Positions 13,501 through 24,037 of a stretch of DNA of 64,000 nt are shown here, one piece after another; position 1 is the first letter of the stretch, and every line of letters starts with the position of its first letter. The stretch lies in contig OZ037767.1 of assembly GCA_964035545.1 (NCBI GenBank), positions 19,236,628 through 19,300,627 of the forward strand, in the 5' to 3' direction. The notes beneath the pieces were generated by a model, which searched no databases, had not been told where the DNA came from, and worked only from the letters and a program-made list of their open reading frames with translations. Source of the stretch: Bugula neritina. Lineage: Eukaryota; Animalia; Bryozoa. Position numbers and translations under genes: made by a program.

Positions 13501-16500
13501 CCACTTATTTACAGATACTTACCTATTTATTAATGGATATATCTACTGCTGTTAAGTTATTGTTAGATACATTTACTGTTACTTACCAACTTATTTATGA
13601 ATATATTTATTGTTGCACAACCAGGTTAATGCTAATACCACTTTAAATGATATCTAATGCTCTGATAAAATTAAATAACTTCTAATCCCTGCACTGTAGA
13701 ACTTATAGGTATTTATTAGTGATATTGAAGAATATTAATATGCAAATACCATTTTTTATTTCAACTAAAATTTAATAACAGTGAAATTATTATTGTAAAA
13801 TTTGTTATATACCAATATAATTCACATATGGCAAAATTGGGTATTTTTTTGCCTCATAAAAAGTTTGTAACTTCTGAAAATTCTAAACTGCATATCAAAT
13901 ATATAAAGAGCACCCTTCCAATGTCATAAAACACTAACTACTCGTAACTTGGCATTTCCTAAACTGTGGAATATGTACTACTACAAAGTTACGAAGAGAT
14001 TTTAGCTGACAAGGGATATACTCACCAGAGTGCGTTCTCTCATGCTGCTGCAAGTGAGACAGCTGTTTAAACGACTTGAGACACTTGGAGCACTCGTAGG
14101 GCTTGACTCCAGTGTGAATTCGCATGTGCTGTGACAGATAGCTAGAGTTAAAGAAACTCTTGGTACAGTAGGGGCACTGGTAGTTCTTATCACGCCCATC
14201 ACTCTTATGAATTCTCCCGGCATGTATTGACAGGGCAATTCGAGAATCAAACACCTATGGAAAAAAAAACTCATGCAAGTTTATAGTCACCATCCCTATG
14301 AGAAAACCCCTGATGGAAGGGGTTTTTGTTAAATCGGCTGAAGACTTATTCAGATGGGGCACAGAAGCAATTATGACTGGATGCTCTTCCTAACATCACC
14401 AATGCCTTTCATCAGGCTCGAACCCATGACTCCTTGTTTACTAGGCAAGCGCTGTAACCCCTAAACCATGGCTGCTCCCCAACCAAACACCTATGAATTC
14501 ATCACAAAATATAGGTAATTTTCATTAAAGTAAAATAGTCTCTTTTTTCCAACCAATAAAAGCTAACACAATAGTTGATGATATTATTGATGGTATTTAA
14601 GGCTGATAGGAAGTTGGAATATCTTGTCTGAAAGTAGGTTAAATATAAAGGAGGATGCGGGAGGAATGAGGGAGGGATGAGGTGGTGTAGAGACACAGGG
14701 AGAAGAAGAGAGTAAATCTATCCGTTACTCACATCCTAGTTCATGGAACATAAGTACAAGCATTACCATTAATAACAATAATAGCAAAAAAGTGCTAATG
14801 ATATCGTAATTGATGATTGCATAGTAACACATTGGTGATGGTACAAAAACTTAAGTGTAGCAGTTTAGAAGGAGATATTACAGAGTTGCCTTCTCAAAAC
14901 ACTGAAGGATGCAAAACATGTCTGTATAATTGCTATAAAATTTAGGAGTTACAATGCTTTTAAACAAGGAGTTGCATTATAGCCTTCTGTGCACAAGAAC
15001 TGGGGGTTAATATGCAGCGGTGAAAAGTTAGTAATTTTATATTTCATTTGCAATAGAGGTCAATCAAATAGGTGCTACCACAATCACTTTATCTGTTTAT
15101 CATAAATAAAGACAGTGTTTAATGATATGCCTAACTTATCTACTGAAAATAAAGTCCAGGCATTGCAACTTTCCAATAAATTAAAAGGCAAATAAACGTT
15201 TGAATCTCCAAAGTTGAGCAATTACATACATTCTATATGCAAATGTATGACATGCCAACAGTGGAGCTGAATAAAAAAAAAACAAAAAATTGATTAATTC
15301 TCCAACTGACAATCTCAAGTAGATGAATGATTTATTTCAGAAAAAGAAGCTTTAAAGGAGGCAAATAGATGGAATGGAGCGGTGGAGTGGGTTGCAGAGT
15401 GTTCACAGCAAAGTAACACTGTATCATACAACCTGTTATTCTAAACTCTACTGACTAAATGATATGTTATCTTTTTATACTTCAGTTGGACTGAACACTA
15501 TATTAGCAAACAGAATATGTAGCCAAAATATCCACCAGTAGTTGTTTGGTGAGCACACATACACTGTAGCCAATACCAACCAGGCAATATTTAGAATTAC
15601 TATACAAAACCTCACTATACTAACATTGCAATAGGTTATAAAACACACATCTGGCTCCACACACATCCTGCCAGAAAACACCTTATGATCACTAGCCAAT
15701 CACAGCACAACTCCCTGAATGAATAATAACACTCTTGTCACCATCTAACCTAGTCTGAGAACTAGAGAAGCTGCTTTAGCCTTGATTCCATTGTACACAG
15801 AGGGAAGGGGCTGGTGTATAGATACCCTATCTATTTAGCACAAAGTACTTTTTGTTTATCAGTGGTCATTATAACTGTAGTATAATTGCACCACATTATT
15901 TCCGTTTATTTCGCAATTTGAAGAAACCCAAAATGGCCGACACATCATTAATCCTTCTGCTAAAAGCACTAGTTGGAGTTACCTGACAGCATGTTTCACA
16001 TTTGTACTTCAGCGCCTTTGACTTTTTAGCTTTAGAAGGGGTGCTAACTGGTAAAGACGGCTCTGTAGGTATTGCTGCCGCCGATATTTGGGTTTGCGGA
16101 GAAGAGTTCTTGACAGCTGTTAGTGCAGTGACAGTGTGGGAAACTGGGTTCAGCATCTGATGGTGAAACAGGTCCAACTCTTCAGCCTTCTCACTCATGA
16201 ACGACTACAACACACCACTACAATATTAACACCGCACCCTGTTACCATACGGGTAGAAAATAATCTCTAGAAGTTCTCTGTACACCAGGAGTTGCCTTTT
16301 CTTAGCTAACTAGCTGGTGCATTTACAGAGACTTCATCAAAATGAAAGACGGCTTAAATGTAAAATATTTGTGCCCACTAATGAGACCATAATACACTTA
16401 GTACCAGAGGTTGCATTTCACTGTTATAATTCTTGCAATATTGTTTACATTTTCCAACATCTTATTTTACTTCAGCTCCAAAACTCAACCTTATGCTGAG

Positions 16501-18911
16501 GGAGAAAGGAAATGTGTACTTAACTTACAAGTCATGATGTTATAACAGAAACCAAAATTAAGTACAGACTTGAAGAGGGAAGATGAGATAACTACTACGA
16601 CCCCATGACCCCAATGGATCTGTAGGATTTGCATTCATCTATAATAGTGGTTTATCTATAATAGTGGTTTCATTCAACTGCCGCTGTCCCCATGCATCAA
16701 ATAAAAATCTCATTGGCAGGGGACTTAGTGATTGGGGGCTATTGTGAGCAGCACCAAGACTAGATTAAATATATATATCTGGTGGATATAAGCAATTAGT
16801 ATGAGAATAAATTAATTGAAAATACATTTTAATTATTCAGGTATAAAGACATTGGCAGGTGATGCCTCACTGTAGCTTATAGTTGACTTGTTATGCGATA
16901 CTAAGACACATCATGGATGTTGTTTTGGAACTGGGACTGTGTAGTTCACAGAATATTATGTTTGGAAGAGGTTTTGTAACGCTGCCAATAGCACTTCCAG
17001 CTATAATAATTGTGTTAGTGTTGGAATCTGACAGAAAATTAAATATTGACAAAATACACTAATAATGAGACCAGTTAAACAAAGGTAGCAGTCACTTCAA
17101 TGCTAGGGGATAACTACGGCATACTTGGGCTCCACTCTTGTGAGGAGAAAGCTAAGAATTAAATAGAAAAAAAATAAAAAATAAATTTCATAAAAGCTAT
17201 TAAAGTTTTTATACAAAGTTCTAAATAATGTTGCTATCAAACTAAATATTAAAAAGTCTTGCTTATTTTCCATTAAATAAAATGGAAAGTTGTGATAAGA
17301 AACTATAGTCATGGCTACTGGTTGAAAAATATCGAGAATTTTAAAACTGAAAATATTATTTATTTACAAACAAAAGGTTATACAAAACATAAATTAGATT
17401 GTAATAAAATCATATTAATAATATTCTAATTTAATAAAAAAAATTGAGGGAAGATGGAAGCTTGGGTCTATCTGAGAAATATCGGGCAAATTTTCTTACG
17501 TCATAAATGTATCAGCTACAGTAGAAAAGATTCATTTAAAAAATTATTTTTATTACAACAAAACTGAGCTTACAAATCCTTCCTTGAATAAAAGCAGGAA
17601 ATCTACACTGGGTTAGCATACCTATTCCCAGTTGGTATACTCGTGTTCAATTATATAACTCCAACCTACAGCTACTACCCAACACTGCCAGCCACTGTTG
17701 ATTTTGTTTATAATATGGCTTTTGCTAGAGGCACCTCTTCTAAATAGTATTAGCCGCATTAGGCTGGCACCATCTCCATCAGTTCTAAGTATCTAACCAT
17801 AGATAACTATACATAATTATATATAATCAGCTTAGTTGCCAATGTAATAATTATATCTCTATCCGCCAAGAAAATAAAATTATCTCATTGCTGTCACTAG
17901 TATATTACTTTAACCATTACTAGTATATTACCCTAGCCATTACTGTTACATTACCCTAACCATTACTATTACATTACCATATCAATTACTGGTATATTAC
18001 CCTAGCCATTACTAGTAACTTACCCTAGCCATTACTATTACATTACACTAGCCATTACTATTACATTACCCTCACTATTACTAGTATATTACTTTCACCA
18101 CCTAAAGTAATTTAATAAGTTGTATAATATATATAAATTAGAGGCTAATTTGAAACTTGGCAGTTACAATCCTAAAAGTTTTGCACTTATAGCAGTTGGG
18201 TTGCTACTATCAAAACTGTCACGTACCAAGCATACGACATTATTAGCTGTTGGGGACAGTTAACTGCGTCTGCACAACAACCACTTTTACCAATTCAGCC
18301 TAAACTATCAGCAACGTGCTGAGGTGTGAATGTTCAGTGACAACCGGGCATTGCAGTCAATTTGAAATGTGAACTTTGTACGTTCCTTATCAATATCATT
18401 CAGGGTTGTGAAATTATTTCGCATCGCCTCAGTTATTTATTACGTCTAGAAACCCATATGCACTAAAGGCTACAGTAGCTATTTGATAGTTATAGTAGCT
18501 ATTAGGTAGTTATATACTATACACAGTTATAGCAGTATTTGATAGTATTTTGATACACATTCAAACTAAATCTAATGACGATTTGTATGTCATCTCTTAT
18601 TTTTAGCCTAAGGTCAATTGTGCTGGATCCAGCACATCACAGTTTCATTGTTTACGACTTGATCACCTGAAAATCACCAAGTCTCATTGAACCAACTCAA
18701 GTCACACTGAAACAAAAGTGAAAACTATTGATACGGTAGTCGAATATTATTAATATTATCATCCACAAAGATTAAGAATAACTTCACTGACCTGGCCTGA
18801 TTGAAGCAACTGCTGTATAATATCCACGGTGGCATCCCCTGCTTTACTGTCGTAGTGCTCATTACAATCAGGAAATTCAGGTCCTTGGAAAAGATTTCGT
18901 TCTTCCGCCAT
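4596..18911 (-). CDS. rn/lin-29 (ZNF362/ZNF384-like): C2H2 zinc-finger transcription factor of the rotund/squeeze/LIN-29/ZNF362-ZNF384 family (~538 aa, 9 coding exons)
   Basis: Exons (minus): 18911-18792 (ATG in GTCATGG), 16204-15983, 14254-14026, 12506-12398, 10509-10386, 7108-6979, 6475-6295, 6009-5793, 4880-4596; total 1617 nt, open frame. Family-diagnostic fingers: [83 protein letters not shown]; an additional N-terminal finger [24 protein letters not shown]. Confidence 0.9.
6586..6735. mobile_element. Small MITE (150 bp)
   Basis: Inverted termini TAGGTGCAGCAGTGGAGAAA / TTTCTCCATTACTGCACCTA (18/20 match). It sits between two copies of a ~90-bp direct repeat (~6495-6582 and ~6760-6848). 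Confidence 0.65.
7269..7790. repeat. 12/14-bp minisatellite (GAGTATACAGAGT / GAGTATACTGAGT variants)
   Basis: Tandem array in a zinc-finger gene intron, ~160 nt from the 7108 acceptor. Confidence 0.9.
8420..9150 (+). pseudogene. Possible highly decayed non-LTR (LINE) reverse transcriptase fragment
   Basis: Remnants of RT motifs in the expected order: [10 protein letters not shown] (cf. NYRxISLL, ~8446), PQGTLGDSP-like (~9001), LFADD (~9128). Many stops; interrupted by a minisatellite. Confidence 0.35.
8532..8832. repeat. 15-bp minisatellite (CAGTGACTATACAGTA-type)
   Basis: About 20 visible tandem copies. Confidence 0.9.
10933..11188 (+). mobile_element. Tc1/mariner(pogo)-type MITE, family copy 1
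   Basis: TA|CAGT...ACTG|TA ends (TIR consensus CAGTGCTCCCTCCxTAxCTC). Internal sequence shared with 25029-25238 and 34373-34581; contains an 18-bp x4 internal repeat GAAAAGGGCTTGAACCCC. Confidence 0.8.
12514..12680. repeat. ~52-bp degenerate tandem repeat (x3) abutting a zinc-finger gene acceptor
   Basis: AGTATCAGTGAGT..TAGTTGTACTTGATAG..TAACTGTGAGTA occurs three times, starting <10 nt from the AG at 12507-12508. Confidence 0.75.
14260..14480 (-). mobile_element. tRNA-derived SINE with a 15-bp TSD spanning a splice acceptor
   Basis: Minus strand begins GGGGAGCAGCCATGGTTTAGGGGTT (A-box-like), has GGTTCGAGCC (B-box) and ends in T9. TSD AATCAAACACCTATG (14245-14259) / AACCAAACACCTATG (14481-14495). 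Confidence 0.85.
17905..18095. repeat. ~22-bp minisatellite (CCATTACTAGTATATTACCCTAG variants)
   Basis: About 8 degenerate tandem copies. Confidence 0.8.
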
Positions 18912-21900
18912 GACTACGTGTGTGCTGAATGAAGTGGCCAAGAAATTCTGAAATCCTAAACTTCTACATCTGGCTGTCACTTCTACAATAACCAACTAGG
19001 CAAGTATGGGAAGAGTTGTGCTAAAGCTTGCGGTGACATCAATCATTATACAATATGACGCTTGAGCGAGTTCAACCCAGCGAGAACCCTGATAGGCCAG
19101 TTGAACACTGCATATACATCCAGGGAGCGACCTCGTTCGATAGTAGATCCAACGCGTCATGCTTCTGCCAGTCACTTTTTGAGTTGCGAAGTCAACTGAA
19201 CTATTCACTTGAAACAGCTTGGTTTGATACGCAATATAGCTGTTGCCTTTTGACATAACTTCCTGCAACAGTGGAACCTCATTAGTGAAAGTAGCTGTTA
19301 CTATTACTGCATCCAACTAACTTATTAGGAATAGCTAACTTGTTAAGTGTCAATACATATTTGCTTACTAAAACGCAATTTTAGGTTTAACTAATACATT
19401 TTATGAAAACACAAGTTTTTCATTTTGAGAGTTATCTACCCTATATACATGTATGTATATACAAGACTACAAAGCAGGAGTCAATGTTATTTTGAGATGT
19501 TGGCACATAGGTTAACTAGGTCATATACTTAAAAATTGAAAGTCGCAAATATCACCACACAGGTTTGTAGGTTTTGAATTTATTCTTTCAGTTTGTTGCT
19601 TTAACAAAATTAACACTTGAAACTTCACTATTGTAGCAAATACCTTTCGAATGTCATGCAATTTGTGTAATACGCCTATTTAAGTAATAGTTGTGCTAAA
19701 AGAACATAGCAGTTGCAAACACATTGCAACACAAAGCACAGTAATTTTATTAACTGTTGATTACACGGAAGACTTGCATGAGAAGTTTAACTCTCCATCA
19801 ACAAAGCTGAGTCTATACTTACTAGATGCTACAAAATTTGTGAGCTTTTAACAATTGCAAAACAAATTAGTAAAATAACTCGGCTTCCTTGTTAGCATAT
19901 AATATAAAAAATCTTCTGTCCAGGTACTAATACTATAATAGTAGCAATAGAGCAATTAAAGTTTTCTAATTACCATTTGAAAAATCAATTTAAAGTTGAA
20001 AAACCCCTGACACAATGCACTTAATGTATGTATATTACTAAATTATTCACAGGTATTACCATAACCATCAGCTAAATATAACTTGAAGGTAGTATACCCA
20101 AGCATATTGTTTTTATGATGAAATTTTCTTATATACTGCACACTTGGCAATGACGCTTTTGGGCGCCTGCTGCACTATGGAACTGATGGTAATTATCGCT
20201 AACTTTGACTTTTAACGCTCTGTTGAATAATTTCATTTTTTATACTTAACAGCATGCGTAGTCAGCTGGTGTTACAGCTTAGTGATTTGGCAAACAAAGA
20301 ATAACAAGCAATGAAAATAAGCAATTATTTCTATTACTATAAGGCTGTGGACTCTGGGCAGAATAAACATCACCGTGAAAACAATAGACCTGGGTATACT
20401 AGTACTCTAATGGAAGTAGTATTTAGCTGATAGCCAAGATATATGCAAATAATTTAATACTACATAAATGGAGTGTGGCAGGGATTCTTTACAAAGACAG
20501 CTACACTTATTTTTTAATGAAACTCTTTATTTTATCAACTATATATTAATTATAAGTGAGCAATAACATAAACTAGTTAAACCTGCTTTATGCCCTGTAA
20601 CTGAAGTATATTAACTTAGCAATACAAAAAGTGTGAAACTAAGTCACACGAATAACGCATTGCAACACCTAGTTTCTTCAAGCTTAAAATGTTTATAGTA
20701 AGCAATATTCATACTATAATATAGAAAATCAGTTTTGGCCTCTTAGCTTTATATAACTATTATACTCTCCCACAAAAGCCAGTGGTAGTATGAGATTAAT
20801 AGCATATATTTTAATCATCAATCAAATCAGGATATTTTGCTAGGAATCGAATAATATGAGACTTAAATGTTGCAACCCTGTCTCTTTAAATATACTTCTA
20901 CTATCACGCATAGACAACATGCAAAGGAAACAAATTGTTTTCTTTCAGCTAATGAGTTTGGAGAGAGAGAGATTGGTCAAGTTCAGATAAAATAGGATAA
21001 TGCAGTCTCTTACGCACCCTTAGAGCTTATAGAACCTGGTAAACTGAAATTCAACAGACTTAATGATGCAGGCCACTACCAGCAACCGGCAACCAGTTAA
21101 CAGCTCGTATATGAAACTGAGTTCAATTGGGAAAGAAACCATAACTTAATGCATACTAGAATAATGTTTAGATAAGGTATAATTGGTGAAAAAAATATTC
21201 AAGTAAGCTCCACATTTAGTGTGTGCCCGGAACAATATGGTGCAACAATCAGTAGCATGTACAGTTCATCAATCAGTTTATCTACTGCATGGAAACAATA
21301 ATAATTATAGTTTTGGTTTAGTGACAATAAATCACTTGAAAACTGCTAGCAATTGCGTAATTTTGATCTGCTATTTAATATATTCATGCTATGGTATAAT
21401 TTTTAGCCATTGGTTTTGATGTCTTTTTGTCATTTTTTGTACAAGTCAGACAACTAGAGTTCATCCTTTTTCAAATATGTGCTGCAGTAGATTGTATATG
21501 CATATGCATCAATTTACTAGTCACAGTGCAAGCATTGCAGATCAAACTCATCAAAATGCAAAGCTGGAAACTGCAAGGATTTGTCCTATAAATTGCTCCA
21601 AACAAACCTAATCCAAAACACACTTCATACATGATAATTTGCAAGGTTTAAGGTACACAGAAACTGCAGACATGCTTGCTTTTAAAAGAATAAAGGTTAA
21701 TATGGATACCACAGCATTTTTGAAATATAATGAATTCTGAATGAAATATTTTTGTAGTTAGGAGGCCAATTGAATCATCAATGTTGCATGTTGCGTTGTC
21801 AAACTCACTTAATGTTGTAAAATATTGCTTGTAACTCTAGTAGTCTATTAAAGTCCATGAGCTGGAAAATACTTCTACTGGCTATTTCTAGATTAGTGAT

Positions 21901-22329
21901 TAACATTATCTAAAGCTAACAAGGGCGTATAATCACTGAACTGGATATTATTGAGTTCATTGCGTATAATATTATTATAAAGAATAAAAGAGAACAGTAA
22001 ACAGCGGGTCGCCTCATAGTTCACGCGCAAATCATGTAGTGCAGGAACTTAGGTGAATGTGGCCTGAATAGTTTATTGCCAGAAAACTATGAGTGCATGC
22101 AGAATACAACAATATTCGCGCATCTGATAATGAGCGTGCAGTAATCAGCTCTCAGTCTAAAAAGTACTGAGTAGAAGTCGCTTATCAAGCTGCTAATTTT
22201 TTGGGTTTTAACATTAGCAAAGTCATTTGTTTTGCGACTGCTAATCATAAGGTTTAATTTGAATGTTTTAAAATTAAGTTTAAAGAAAAGTAAGCTAAGG
22301 CCAACAATTAGTATTACAAATACAATGTA

Positions 22330-23300
22330 ACACTAACTGCAAATCTTGGATCGAAAACTTAGACCAGTCTAAAAGTAAAACTAAAACTACTAAAAGTAAA
22401 ACACTAAGTCTAAATTATACTTAAAGTTAATCTTGTAGTTCTAACTTATAAGTTTTAATTATTGTTAAAGTAGTAACACTAACCCGTAACTCTAAGTAGT
22501 TAATACTAGTAGATGTAGTTACTCAGTAGTAATACTCACAGATGGTGTTAGCATTACACTAAATCTAATGAATAACTGTAACTGTAAGACTAAAACTAAA
22601 AGTAAGTGTATGTATAATAATAAAGACTAAATCAAAGTGCCTAAGAGTAATTCAAATCGAAAATAAATTAAAATTTAAGTTCACTACTTAGTTTCAACAC
22701 TCCTGAATTTAAACTAATACTAATACATTTACTACTATTACTATTAGTAATAGTAATACTAATAGTAGTAGTAATACTAGTAGTAGTAGTAGTACTAGTA
22801 TTAGTATTACTATAATTAATATTATTAGTATAACTGTAAGACTGAGTGTAAGTAATTAACTTTAACGTTTAGTATTACTAAGTCTAATGCAGTAATCAGT
22901 GATGGCTAACTCTAAGTTCAAGACTAATAGTAATACCAATAGTAGGCTAATGCTAATCCAATTGCAGTAGTAACAGTAACACCAACTCCAAGTCTAACTC
23001 AATAAGTAAATAAAATTAAAAATGAATGAGTCATTTTCATTGGGATACTGATTAAACTAGTAATTTAATACTAATAGTTAGTAGTTAGTAGCATTAAATT
23101 TAATGATTATGATCATCAATATCATTATGATTATAGTTGTTTCAGCATCAGCTATAACTATTAGCATGAATTTACAATTTGGTATGAGTGTCACTATTAG
23201 ACCCAGTATCAGTATGAATTATTCTTATACTCTCATCTCTCAGCATGAGAATAAGTGTGAGTATTATAGCCACTATTAAACTACTACTATGCTATCTTAC
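22330..23300. other. Low-complexity tract with ~3/6-bp periodicity, not a tandem repeat
   Basis: Runs such as AAAGTA AAACTA ... ACTATT AGTAAT AGTAAT ACTAAT ... ATTATG ATCATC AATATC; quasi-palindromic core at ~22730-22815. Confidence 0.6.
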
Positions 23301-23456
23301 AGTAAATTGTACTATGTCATCAGCCTCAGTTTTTTCATTTTGTGATAAACTTCACGAGATATTTTAAGCAACTGTATTTATTATAATTATTTAATTAGAT
23401 TTAATATTGTTAGATTTTCCCACTACCGGAACTGGACAAAGCGCAGATAGGTGAGA
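23295..23456. promoter_or_regulatory. Candidate compact bidirectional promoter with non-coding first exons of the zinc-finger gene (-) and parvin (+)
   Basis: Minus-strand donor ACT|GTAAGA at 23300 and plus-strand donor TAG|GTGAGA at 23451 point away from each other between divergent genes; ETS-like CCGGAA at ~23426. Both downstream coding exons have acceptors upstream of their ATG. No transcript evidence. Confidence 0.4.
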
Positions 23457-24037
23457 AAAGGTGATAATTGTTAGATTTCATAATAACCCTGGATTATATA
23501 TTGACTTAAAATTATGGTTAACTGCAAGCACATAGTTTTTATTTCATGATTAACAATTATTGACTAAGTTATTACATGTCAATATTCACCTAAAACTGAA
23601 TGTAGAAGTATTTTTTTTAATTTCAAATTTATTATCATTTTGATTATAGGCTACTGATGAAATTTAAGCGACTATTTATAATTCAAAAAGTATGTTTTGT
23701 TTTCTCTTCAAATTGTTCCAACAGATAAAGATACCTAAAAAAAATGTAAAGAAAAATTAACTACACAAATTAATAGTTACAAATAACAATGCCAGCTTTT
23801 ACTACTGCTACTGCCTCTACTATTTTTGATTACTGAAGTTTTTAATCAGTTTAGAACTAGTTAAAATTACTGTCTACACCTAAAGATACTAATGCTGATA
23901 TTGAGTATAAATCTGAAACTAATCTTCAAAAGTCAGTCTAACCTGATTATTATATCTATTAGTTGATGTAAACATAGTTATGTCCAATATTGATTTATTT
24001 GGCTAATATTCACTTAATAGTTACTATTATATCAGTA

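Noticed and set aside
14400-14480. tRNA-like sequences (also near 1260-1335 and 29535-29612)
   Set aside because: These are SINE heads with A/B boxes but no complete cloverleaf; not tRNA genes.
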